Below are positions 23,154 to 34,269 of a stretch of 64,000 nt of DNA, in pieces. Both the position numbers and the translations under genes were made by a program. Source of the DNA: Guillardia theta CCMP2712 (lineage: Eukaryota; Protista; Cryptophyta). The notes under the pieces are model-generated. The model had not been told where the DNA came from, did not search any database, and was given only the letters and a program-made list of their open reading frames with translations. Positions within the stretch are counted from its first letter, which is position 1. Each line of letters begins with the position of its first letter. The DNA is taken from assembly GCF_000315625.1 (NCBI RefSeq), contig NW_005434670.1, positions 330,237 through 394,236 of the forward strand, in the 5' to 3' direction.

Positions 23154-26100
23154 GAGGAAGCTTGGCTGCTGTGGAGCATACATTTCGAGCAACGACAGCA
23201 TGACACCAACCGATATGAGCGCCTTCGTCGAGCTATGGGGCTCCTCGCCCTGCGTGAGCCCCGTCAGCAGCAGCACCAACCTCGTCTGCGACTTCTCGCT
23301 CCTCCAGGCTCATCACAGCGACATGGCGTTCCTCCAAGACTGGGAGGCGATGGAGACAAGGACCATGGCGAACAAGCACGCAGAGGAGGAAAAGGAGGAG
23401 GAAAAGGAGGAGGAGTCAGCCAGGCGATGCAGGCCAAGCCGAGGCGTAGACGGGGAGAGCAAGCATCACGAGGACTGCGCCCGCGGGGCGAGGGAGGGAA
23501 GGTGCAACGCCAGGGACGGATGCTGTACCGCCCCCAGGTGGGGATCTAGAACGAGGGACACGAGAGTACCCAGGGCAGGATGCCGAGCCGGGCAGGGCTC
23601 TTCTCTTCTGTGTAAAGCGAGCGGAGGGAGGGGGAGAGGCTTGGTATGTAGTATAGGCGTGTATGCGGATCAATAAACATAGAGACCCTCACAACCTCAT
23701 CGGGCCTTGTGTACTCCCTTACCTTCCTCTTGAAGGGATGGTGTCGGTCCTCGTGCGGCAGCACAGTCCAGCACTGCCGCTAGCGATGGCCGTATGATAC
23801 AAGGCAGCATGCACGTCACGGTGAGCGGCTAAGGCCGCCGTTCGCAAGTGACGAGGCCTGGCTGGAGCCTGTGAGAGAAGCGTTTATAGCTCTGTTCTAC
23901 GCCTACAGGTGTGTACGGGCGAGAGAGCTCGATCCGCAGGGCCGTTGCGATGGCTGTTACAGGCAACGTGGTGGACCGTGAGGACTCGGCTCGTCTTGTC
24001 ACTGCGAGCTCTGGCTCCTGACACAGCCCAGTGTCAGTGAGCTTTGGAGTTCTGCTCCGAGTGTCGGCCACAACTTGATATCAGACATGGGGTAAGCCAC
24101 CCGGATTGCTCTGTCTCAGTCGGTAACTTGACTCAAACGTCTACGAGCCTGTTGACTCTCAGCTCATATCACTGTACGAGGGGGTGACGGTACGGTTTCA
24201 CGGGCACTGAAGTTAGCTGCCAGCAGCCTGAGTCACGGGCAAGTTGGCTGCCCGCGGCCTGTCACTCAGGCTGTGCCGGCTTGATGATTGGAACTTCGGA
24301 ACCTGTCACTTGATTCAGGCACGGTGCCGAGGGAAAACCGATCAGTATTGATCGCATCATAGTAAACAGATTATGGGATCGGACAATCTTTACTCAAAGT
24401 TAAGTCGGATGCCCGGCCGTTGAAGCTTTGACTCTCGCTGACGATCCGATGGTTTGAAAAGAGTTCAAGTGTGTTTCACGACAACCCCTAAGCTCACCCT
24501 TTGGTCGATCCAGCCGTAAGCAACCGGTGTCCGTGCCAGCCTAAAGTCAATCCTCGAGATCAGGGGAGTCCCGTTCCCCAACTTTGTGACTGGAGAGTCC
24601 CGTCACGGCCCTCTCTGAGCCACGGGTACTCTCATAGTGCGGGGATAGGGATCGGACCGGTGGTGAGAGGCGGGGGCCGGGTCCACGGCTTCGCCATGGT
24701 TGCCGTTTAACTGGATGAGGCTCAGCCCCGGGCCTTTAGCCCGTCACGCCCGACGTGACGATGTTTACCACCAGATGCGCCCGAAAGTCCACGCCGGAAG
24801 TGGGAAGAGACCTTAAGACAGGTGGGGTAGTGACTGATAGGGCAAGACCCGGGACATTGTCCTACTTTCCAGGGGTGTAAGGCTGCCCTGATTCCCCCAG
24901 GGGTGGGGGTACCGGAGTGAGTGGAGCTCCCAGGCACATAAAAGGAGGAAGCTTGGCTGCTGTGGAGCATACATTTCGAGCAACGACAGCATGACACCAA
25001 CCGATATGAGCGCCTTCGTCGAGCTATGGGGCTCCTCGCCCTGCGTGAGCCCCGTCAGCAGCAGCACCAACCTCGTCTGCGACTTCTCGCTCCTCCAGGC
25101 TCATCACAGCGACATGGCGTTCCTCCAAGACTGGGAGGCGATGGAGACAAGGACCATGGCGAACAAGCACGCAGAGGAGGAAAAGGAGGAGGAAAAGGAG
25201 GAGGAGTCAGCCAGGCGATGCAGGCCAAGCCGAGGCGTAGACGGGGAGAGCAAGCATCACGAGGACTGCGCCCGCGGGGCGAGGGAGGGAAGGTGCAACG
25301 CCAGGGACGGATGCTGTACCGCCCCCAGGTGGGGATCTAGAACGAGGGACACGAGAGTACCCAGGGCAGGATGCCGAGCCGGGCAGGGCTCTTCTCTTCT
25401 GTGTAAAGCGAGCGGAGGGAGGGGGAGAGGCTTGGTATGTAGTATAGGCGTGTATGCGGATCAATAAACATAGAGACCCTCACAACCTCATCGGGCCTTG
25501 TGTGATCCCTTACCTTCCTCTTGAAGGGATGGTGTCGGTCCTCGTGCGGCAGCACAGTCCAGCACTGCCGCTAGCGATGGCCGTATGATACAAGGCAGCA
25601 TGCACGTCACGGTGAGCGGCTAAGGCCGCCGTTCGCAAGTGACGAGGCCTGGCTGGAGCCTGTGAGAGAAGCGTTTATAGCTCTGTTCTACGCCTACAGG
25701 TGTGTACGGGCGAGAGAGCTCGATCCGCAGGGCCGTTGCGATGGCTGTTACAGGCAACGTGGTGGACCGTGAGGACTTGGCTCGTCTTGTCACTGCGAGC
25801 TCTGGCTCCTGACACAGCCCAGTGTCAGTGAGCTTTGGAGTTCTGCTCCGAGTGTCGGCCACAACTTGATATCAGACATGGGGTAAGCCACCCGGATTGC
25901 TCTGTCTCAGTCGGTAACTTGACTCAAACGTCTACGAGCCTGTTGACTCTCAGCTCATATCACTGTACGAGGGGGTGACGGTACGGTTTCACGGGCACTG
26001 AAGTTAGCTGCCAGCAGCCTGAGTCACGGGCAAGTTGGCTGCCCGCGGCCTGTCACTCAGGCTGTGCCGGCTTGATGATTGGAACTTCGGAACCTGTCAC

Positions 26101-28604
26101 TTGATTCAGGCACGGTGCCGAGGGAAAACCGATCAGTATTGATCGCATCATAGTAAACAGATTATGGGATCGGACAATCTTTACTCAAAGTTAAGTCGGA
26201 TGCCCGGCCGTTGAAGCTTTGACTCTCGCTGACGATCCGATGGTTTGAAAAGAGTTCAAGTGTGTTTCACGACAACCCCTAAGCTCACCCTTTGGTCGAT
26301 CCAGCCGTAAGCAACCGGTGTCCGTGCCAGCCTAAAGTCAATCCTCGAGATCAGGGGAGTCCCGTTCCCCAACTTTGTGACTGGAGAGTCCCGTCACGGC
26401 CCTCTCTGAGCCACGGGTACTCTCATAGTGCGGGGATAGGGATCGGACCGGTGGTGAGAGGCGGGGGCCGGGTCCACGGCTTCGCCATGGTTGCCGTTTA
26501 ACTGGATGAGGCTCAGCCCCGGGCCTTTAGCCCGTCACGCCCGACGTGACGATGTTTACCACCAGATGCGCCCGAAAGTCCACGCCGGAAGTGGGAAGAG
26601 ACCTTAAGACAGGTGGGGTAGTGACTGATAGGGCAAGACCCGGGACATTGTCCTACTTTCCAGGGGTGTAAGGCTGCCCTGATTCCCCCAGGGGTGGGGG
26701 TACCGGAGTGAGTGGAGCTCCCAGGCACATAAAAGGAGGAAGCTTGGCTGCTGTGGAGCATACATTTCGAGCAACGACAGCATGACACCAACCGATATGA
26801 GCGCCCAAGTTCGTCGAGCTATGGGGCTCCTCGCCCTGCGTGAGCCCCGTCAGCAGCAGCACCAACCTCGTCTGCGACTTCTCGCTCCTCCAGGCTCATC
26901 ACAGCGACATGGCGTTCCTCCAAGACTGGGAGGCGATGGAGACAAGGATCATGGCGAACAAGCACGCAGAGGAGGAAAAGGAGGAGGAAAAGGAGGAGGA
27001 GTCAGCCAGGCGATGCAGGCCAAGCCGAGGCGTAGACGGGGAGAGCAAGCATCACGAGGACTGCGCCCGCGGGGCGAGGGAGGGAAGGTGCAACGCCAGG
27101 GACGGATGCTGTACCGCCCTCAGGTGGGGATCTAGAACGAGGGACACGAGAGTACCCAGGGCAGGATGCCGAGCCGGGCAGGGCTCTTCTCTTCTGTGTA
27201 AAGCGAGCGGAGGGAGGGGGAGAGGCTTGGTATGTAGTATAGGCGTGTATGCGGATCAATAAACATAGAGACCCTCACAACCTCATCGGGCCTTGTGTGA
27301 TCCCTTACCTTCCTCTTGAAGGGATGGTGTCGGTCCTCGTGCGGCAGCACAGTCCAGCACTGCCGCTAGCGATGGCCGTATGATACAAGGCAGCATGCAC
27401 GTCATGGTGAGCGGCTAAGGCCGCCGTTCGCAAGTGACGAGGCCTGGCTGGAGCCTGTGAGAGAAGCGTTTATAGCTCTGTTCTACGCCTACAGGTGTGT
27501 ACGGGCGAGAGAGCTCGATCCGCAGGGCCGTTGCGATGGCTGTTACAGGCAACGTGGTGGACCGTGAGGACTCGGCTCGTCTTGTCACTGCGAGCTCTGG
27601 CTCCTGACACAGTCTGAGCCGCTCTGCCGTTACGGCCCTACCCACGGCTGTTACGTTCACCCTCACTGATGGAAGCCAAGTTGCCGGCAGGGCAAGTTTA
27701 TTGTCAGGCTCTCACTCTATCACCGCACCACATCGACCATTCTTCAATGGCAGGTATCAATCATTCTTCCTTGAGATGTCTCTTGTGACATGTTACGGTC
27801 TGGTTGCTGGTCAATTCGGCGCCTGCTCGTCTGGCACGGTTTTGCATTCCGAATGACTGCATCTGCTTTCTCTGGCTTTACTCAAAGTTAAGTTAAAAAG
27901 CAGTACGCAGTGTCTCTGCAGGTTTGCGGGTGATTGGGTATGTGTGGGGAAGAGGGTATAATATCTAATTCTGGGAGGAGGGGTCATTTTCCCAACATCC
28001 CAGGGGTGATCAGGACAAGGGGTGCTTCGGATACTTGAAAATTGCCAGGTGCAGCGCAGGTTGATCATGTAGGAGGTGGGTGGGGTGGGGGGGGTACCCC
28101 TACCACCCTCTGATGTAAGAACCCCCTTACTTCTGCGGCCTCCGACGCCGATCGAACCCCCACCCCTACCTCTGACCCTCCACAAGCCCCTCCTTTTATC
28201 TACATAATTCGCACCAGGTACCCACCCCGTGTGTATTATTTTAGCCCCCACCAACCGTCCCAAAGAGTAGGTCAGCGCAAGCACGGACAACGGAGGGGCG
28301 GGCGAAGGCATGAAGGGCAAGCAGTGGAAGGAGGAGGAGGAAACGTGAAGGCAGGGCTTGGAGAGCAGAGAGGGGAGGTGCTGCAAGAAGGATCAGGGAA
28401 TCTATCACACGAAGTTTAAACCGAAGAAAATCTTACATTGGACAAGGCATCACTGAAAAGAATATAATAGGACCACAGTACAACTGGCGCTGGGACCCGA
28501 AGGCAGCATCAGAACTGAAACGGCGAGCAAAGACGAAAAGAGCCCAGTAAAGGTTGAGAGAAGGACAGAAGTGAAAGATATTGTGGTGCGGTGGTAGTGT
28601 GATC

Positions 28605-29687
28605 ATGCACGGAAATTCGGGGCGATCGACAAGCGTTGGCGACATCCGTTGTCAAGAATGTGGGGCAAGATTCTCGACCAACTTTCAAATGGGGAGCCAG
28701 CATGCCTGTAAACGATGTCTCGCTAAGTACAAGAGCTCGCGGAGATGCATCTCATGCGGAGTCAACATCGTGAGCATTCGATCTTACCCTTCGACTATTA
28801 CTTCATGGTACTGCTCCACTTGTTCTAACGCGTCCGGATGCCACGCGGATGGCTTGCGATCCACGGAGAGTCTTGACAGTTACAAGGTCTCTCACCTGAA
28901 GTGCAAGATGAAACCCACCACTACTAGTCAGTCCGTCGGATGGGAGAAAATGAGACTCGTTCACAGTCACGAGCCCACGAGCACCACCACTACATGCAGG
29001 AAGTATGACAATAGTAGGATGATGGGGGAGAAAGCAACGCTTGTAAATACGGAGGTAGGAAGTCCCCTGGAAACAACAAGCTGTTCCAGCTCTTCGTCAC
29101 TTGTTCAGACAAGAACACCGGAGATCGAATGTGATCCCTTGGGAACTATCATCGACAGCGTTCACCAAAAAAGTGATTTGATGCCCCCGGTATGTAATGG
29201 ACGATGCTTTTAAGACCACGAAAGAGAGGATGATAGAGATATTTGCAAGGATGAAAGGATGAGGGCGTTTTTGATGATGACGTAGTTTGAAATGGGCGAA
29301 GAGCCGAATGATTGAGTGCACTGAATTGATTTGTAGGTTGATCGCAGACATGGCGACAAGGTTGAAAAGATGACCAAGAGAGTTGTCGAAGAAAAGGTGG
29401 ACAAAAACAACAAGGCAAACGATGATGAAAGAAAAGAATGGCATGCTCCTACAGTTTCAAAGGATGCCAGCAAAGAACGACCACTGAAAAGTTTGAAATT
29501 CGTTGAGGATCAGACCCATCATTTTGCAAGCGAGAGGCAACCAGAGGCCAGCAATTCGCAAGGGCCATCTTGCAGACAACAAGAACTCAAAAGGTCGAGC
29601 ATGCAGGCGGTAGAGGCGAGGAGATTCTGGGCTGCCAAAGTCGTCTACGAACGAGCGATCCACACAAGATTGCCAACCTTTGACTGA
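28605..29687 (+). CDS. Hypothetical protein with N-terminal CxxC zinc-binding clusters (one intron, ~29190-29337)
   Basis: CQEC...CKRC...CISC...CSTC in exon 1. A second exon is in frame with ORF 29370-29687. Confidence 0.55.
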
Positions 29688-29749
29688 CGTACAAACTTAT
29701 TTGAGGTCACCTGTTATGATATCTCTAGTTTCTATATGTCTGGTGGTTT

Positions 29750-32700
29750 GCTATACGAACAAATGTAACGTAAGCTGATTCTCGTGATACGAATCCAATG
29801 CCTTGATCCCATACCATACCTTGCAGTGCCAAGTTGCAAGTTGATCAATGAAGTTTTCACGGAAAAGATTGATTTACTATGTTTACAACACGCGACCTTG
29901 ATGTCACGAGGGAAAAAATTATTGGTGGTAGAAAGAGCATACAGTGTTCAAGACAGCCAGCAATTCATCGCGCTCTGTACATTGTGCATTTGCAACGCTG
30001 CTGCCGTTATCAAAGTGACAGTACGAGGACTGATGACATCGAACAACATCACGATCACTCCACTGTCATGTCGACACGAGGGGATGAGAAAGGGCATAGC
30101 GAACAACCCGGACCTGCAGCTCCAGTCATTCACCCTCGCTCGCTGCCTCATCACTTTCCTCCACGTCGCATTCCTCCTCTCGCTCTATCCGCATGACGCC
30201 GATGAAGGCCTGGAGGTGAGCTGAGGAGGTGAAGGCAGGAGGGAGGGAAGACCTCTCGACACATTGGGCAATGGCGACGTGCAGGTCCGAGATCCCAGAT
30301 GGCAGTAGCGCAGGCGACACAGACGCCACCTGTTGAGGTTTAGGCGAGGAAGGAAATGAGAAGAATTGGGATGATGGTGGTGAAGGGTAGGGGAACCCTG
30401 ACAAGGGAGGATGGGAGAATGACTTGAGCAAGGAGGAGGAGGAGGAGACGATGATCGAGAAGCTTACCATGGCCGCACTCGAGGAGGATAGCGTCACTTG
30501 CGTGATCCAGACAGACACAGCAGAGCGAGTCAGTAGCTTCTTCACCTTCACCTGGGAGCCTCTTGAGCTGATACCAGCACGACTCGAGCTTACTACTCTT
30601 TTACCTTGCTCCTCCCCCGTTGACGTCAGTGCCTCATGCGAGCTCCGATCCTCCTTCCTCGTCTCTTGGCTGGCTACGAACACAACGTTGGCGTTGACGC
30701 AGCTTGCGATGTTGCCTCGGGTTCCTGCACCATGTCAGAAGATGCGAGAAAAGGCATCGTCCTCGCCTTCTAGCCTCCTGTACAAGACGTTGGACACCCT
30801 CAGCATGCGGGTAGGAGGCGCCTTGGAGGTCGTTATCTCTTCTCCTGACCTTATGACTCTGTGAGATCCGATGGCTTGCACGCCCTACTGATGTGTCAGC
30901 ACATTTCCAGCTCCTCGTCTTCCAACCTGCTCGCGGTTGAGGAGACTCCCTTGCATCCTTCCGTGGATCCACTTGCAGAACATACAGCGAAAGAAACAAA
31001 AGACGAAGATGGCAAAAGCGGTTCCTCCGAACCACCACTGCAGGGCCATCAGGTTGAAAACAAGTGCAAGGGACGTCACCTTCCAGAGCTCGAAAACCGA
31101 GCCGAGATGATAGATCACCATAGAAAACTTGTCGTTGGGAACCGAGTCTCCAATCATTCTCACCTCCACATACACTGAAGTGTCCGGGTCCCAGGCGTCA
31201 ACCTCTACTTGTAGCCCTGCTACTCCATCCGCAGTGTATCCCCACTTGGAGAGCGGCCAAATTCGGGTCTGCTTGTTGATGGTAGAGTAGCTCGCGATCT
31301 GCACTGCAGCCGACAGACTCTGCCACGAGCTGTACGTCCGCACTGAGCTGATGTCAGACGTGCTCGGCATCAGCTGGACGAAAGCCTGGCCTGCAAGCCC
31401 GCTCTGCGGCTTGAAGGAGAAGAGCTGGACTCGGGAGCTCAGCTGGAAGTTGAAAGTTTTGTCGAGGGACACAGGATTCGAGCAGGCGGAGACAGGGAGT
31501 ACGCGGCAGGTAGCGTTCGCGTCGCTTATCAGCGTCCACGTTGCGAGTGAGTGTCCCAGGCGATGCAGCATCAAGGTAGAGGAGGTCTGCAGCCCGTTGG
31601 AGGACTGATTGGAGATGGTCTCCTGATACCTCGCGTTCGCCTCTGTCGCTCTCTCGTTGATGTTGCTCCACACCTTCACCGTTGGGCTAGCACCGTCTAG
31701 ACACGTCAAGCTCAAGAAGATGACGGCAGCGTCGAAGCCTTGCGACGGCTGAAAGGAGCGTGAGAGGGAGCGTGAAAGGAAACAGGAGCGACAGGATGTA
31801 CCTGGAAGGAGAGCATGACGTGAGACCCTTGCGTGAAGGAAACGTCCAGCCCCTCTAGGGGCAGCGACGTCACCTGAGCGACAGAGATCAGAGAGAACTC
31901 TTGGCAGACAAGCATCTCTGTGCCTGCGAGATGGCTGCCTCCACTCTGACATGCTGACTTTGACCTCCTGCCTCGACCCTCAGGTAGAGATCCTCTCGCG
32001 AGAGCTGCGGCAGGTTGACTGCCCCCGTCCCCTCCACTTTGTACTCGAAGATCGATGAACCCGCCTGCGTCATCGGAGCCAAGGACCGTCGGAGGTACCA
32101 GCACCCCTCGCGTATCTCATCTTTTGAACTCAGGATCTGACTTGACGTGCTTGATAGCTGCTCACTGTTCAAATCCACTGCAGCTGGCGAGGCCTCAACT
32201 TGGGTCCCCGTCTGATTGCGATGCTCAGCCCCTACGTCCTCACTTGTGCGAGTGACAAGAGCTTCAGCTCTTGAACGAGCTCCAACATCCTTCGCCCCAT
32301 CCACTGAATTCGTGACGTCCTCATCTGCCATCGTTCCCATCAGGCGCATCAAGATCGGATCACCATCATACGTGGTGTGAAATGAAGAGCAACATTCATG
32401 TACACTTCGGCACCGAACTCTCCCACTGCAAGCTTTACAACTTTCGTCTCTGTAGAGGAGCCCGCGTCAAAGTTCCCATGTTAGTTCGCAAAGCATAACC
32501 TCTCGCAGGAACGTCAAGGAAGAAGCTAGTAGCACTCGGTACAACCTCTTCTCGCACGTCATCATGGATTCGCTACATTTCAAACGTCATTTGCGCCTTC
32601 ACCCACTGACAAGAAGTCAACGGAACCGACCTTAAGTTGCAGTTTCGGGCCAGTGCTGACAAAAAAGCATACTATCACCGGGTTCACGGGCTCGGGAAGA

Positions 32701-33133
32701 GACGAGGTACCTTGCAGGGCACAAGAGCGGGACAAACCTGGATCCTCCCTCATCAAAGCATCGAACGCAACGCTGGTCCCTCGTAACCTGCCTTCCAGTC
32801 AGAGGTTGTACCAACATCTTAACTAGTTTCAGTTGCCTCCAATGGTGAACTGGTAACTGACTGACAAACATCCGTTCGAGGGCCCGAAGGTTCTGCTCAG
32901 ATGATGTTCAGGGTGATGAAGGGGACAAGGAGAGAAAGACTCAAAGAAATCAGAGTAAGAGAGGAGGGGAAGGGAGGGGAGGGGAGGGGAGCAATCCGAT
33001 TGGGGACCAGATTGGAACTACCTGTGCACTGAACACTGGGCCAAGAGATCGATTCACAGGGGTTCGTATCACAGGGGACGGAGAGGAAGGCAGCGAAGAA
33101 AAGCAGCAGCAAGGTAAAACTTGAGCCACTCAT
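29750..33133 (-). CDS. Hypothetical multi-exon secreted/membrane protein (3' end uncertain)
   Basis: Signal peptide MSGSSFTLLLLFFAAFLSVPC. Co-oriented ORFs 31888-32352, 30885-31952 and 30126-30683. TM segment WWFGGTAFAIFVFCFF. Confidence 0.5.
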
Positions 33134-34269
33134 AGTTCTGGTTCTTTGATCTCTCCTGACATCTTGACACCAACAACACATGACAAGGCTATCGTGCTGA
33201 CCCCCACTGCAGCAGCTGCTGCTCGCTCCCGCTCATTATGCACACGTCGCTGGTATACCGAGTCTTCATTCTCAATCCAGTTGCCTGTGATATCAGCTCA
33301 GCATAACAGTCTCAATTCATTGTTTGCCCCATCTCCCAACTCCATAGCCAGCTCTGGCCATGCAAAACAATCTTGGCAAGACAGTCCTACATGCTTTGTT
33401 CTCGACCAGCGTCAAGAAAATTCATTGCATTCCCCAATCTCATTAGGTCTTCTTCTTCTGGTACTGGTACTGCAAGGCTCTCTCTCACTGCCGCTATGCC
33501 CTGATTCATCTCCTGTCAATCATCGACTCTCCTGACTATGATCGACCCAAAGAGACTCTCATTCGATACAGATTCTGCCTACATCCAGGTTCTTATACAC
33601 ATCCCTAGCGCTATCCACATCATGGATCGTCAACCTGGATTCAGTGTCTGCGCGCCATAACATCTCTATGAGATAATGCCAATCCATGATCTTTGTCCCC
33701 TGACGCCTTCCCATGTCTCCTATGTCCTCTCAAGCACATTCTGACTTCAAGGGACCTTTTCAAGTTTGTTCATTTTCCTCTCTCTCCCTCTCTCCCTCTT
33801 GCCCCCCCCCCCCCCCCTCCCTCTCCCTCTCCCTCTCCCTCCCTCCCCCTCTCGCCCTTTCTCTCCTCCTCGTTCCCATCCCCAGAGTTGCCGGACCCAC
33901 CTAGTACTCTTGCAATATACTTGACTAAAAAACAGCCGGTAGAAGTCACGTGATCACCATTCGGTAACTACCCTCCCCGTACTTTGACTACCCCTTCATA
34001 TAACTATGAATTGACTATGAATCACCCCTGCGAGACACCACCCCTACCCCAGTATTCTGTCAGTTGCGCCCTTGTCGTTGTGACCTTCCTCATAAGTAAC
34101 GAGGATAGTCACTGAGTGCCGCACGGCAATGAAGAAAGGCCCGGGGCCCGGGGCCCGGGGCCCGGGGCCCGGTTGACCAGCCCCGGCGTTTTCAAAATTT
34201 CGTGATTGAATATCCGGCGAAACTCATTTAATCTTGTTCACCCGTTTCCGCGGCGGCAGCAACGGTGAA

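Larger units (their letters stand above)
20717..27612. repeat. Tandem array of a 1791 bp unit (~3.7 near-identical copies, truncated at both ends)
   Basis: The same ORF start recurs at 21177, 23200, 24991 and 26782 (spacing 2023, 1791, 1791). Copies differ by a few SNPs/indels, one 236 bp insertion and one inversion. Confidence 0.97.

Noticed and set aside
20717-27612. CRISPR-like or guide array
   Set aside because: Units are 1.8 kb and near-identical, with no variable spacers or nuclease gene.
34137-34172. (GGCCCGG)n tract as a Crypton terminus
   Set aside because: Similar tracts occur upstream of unrelated genes (e.g. 60180-60220), so it is not element-specific.
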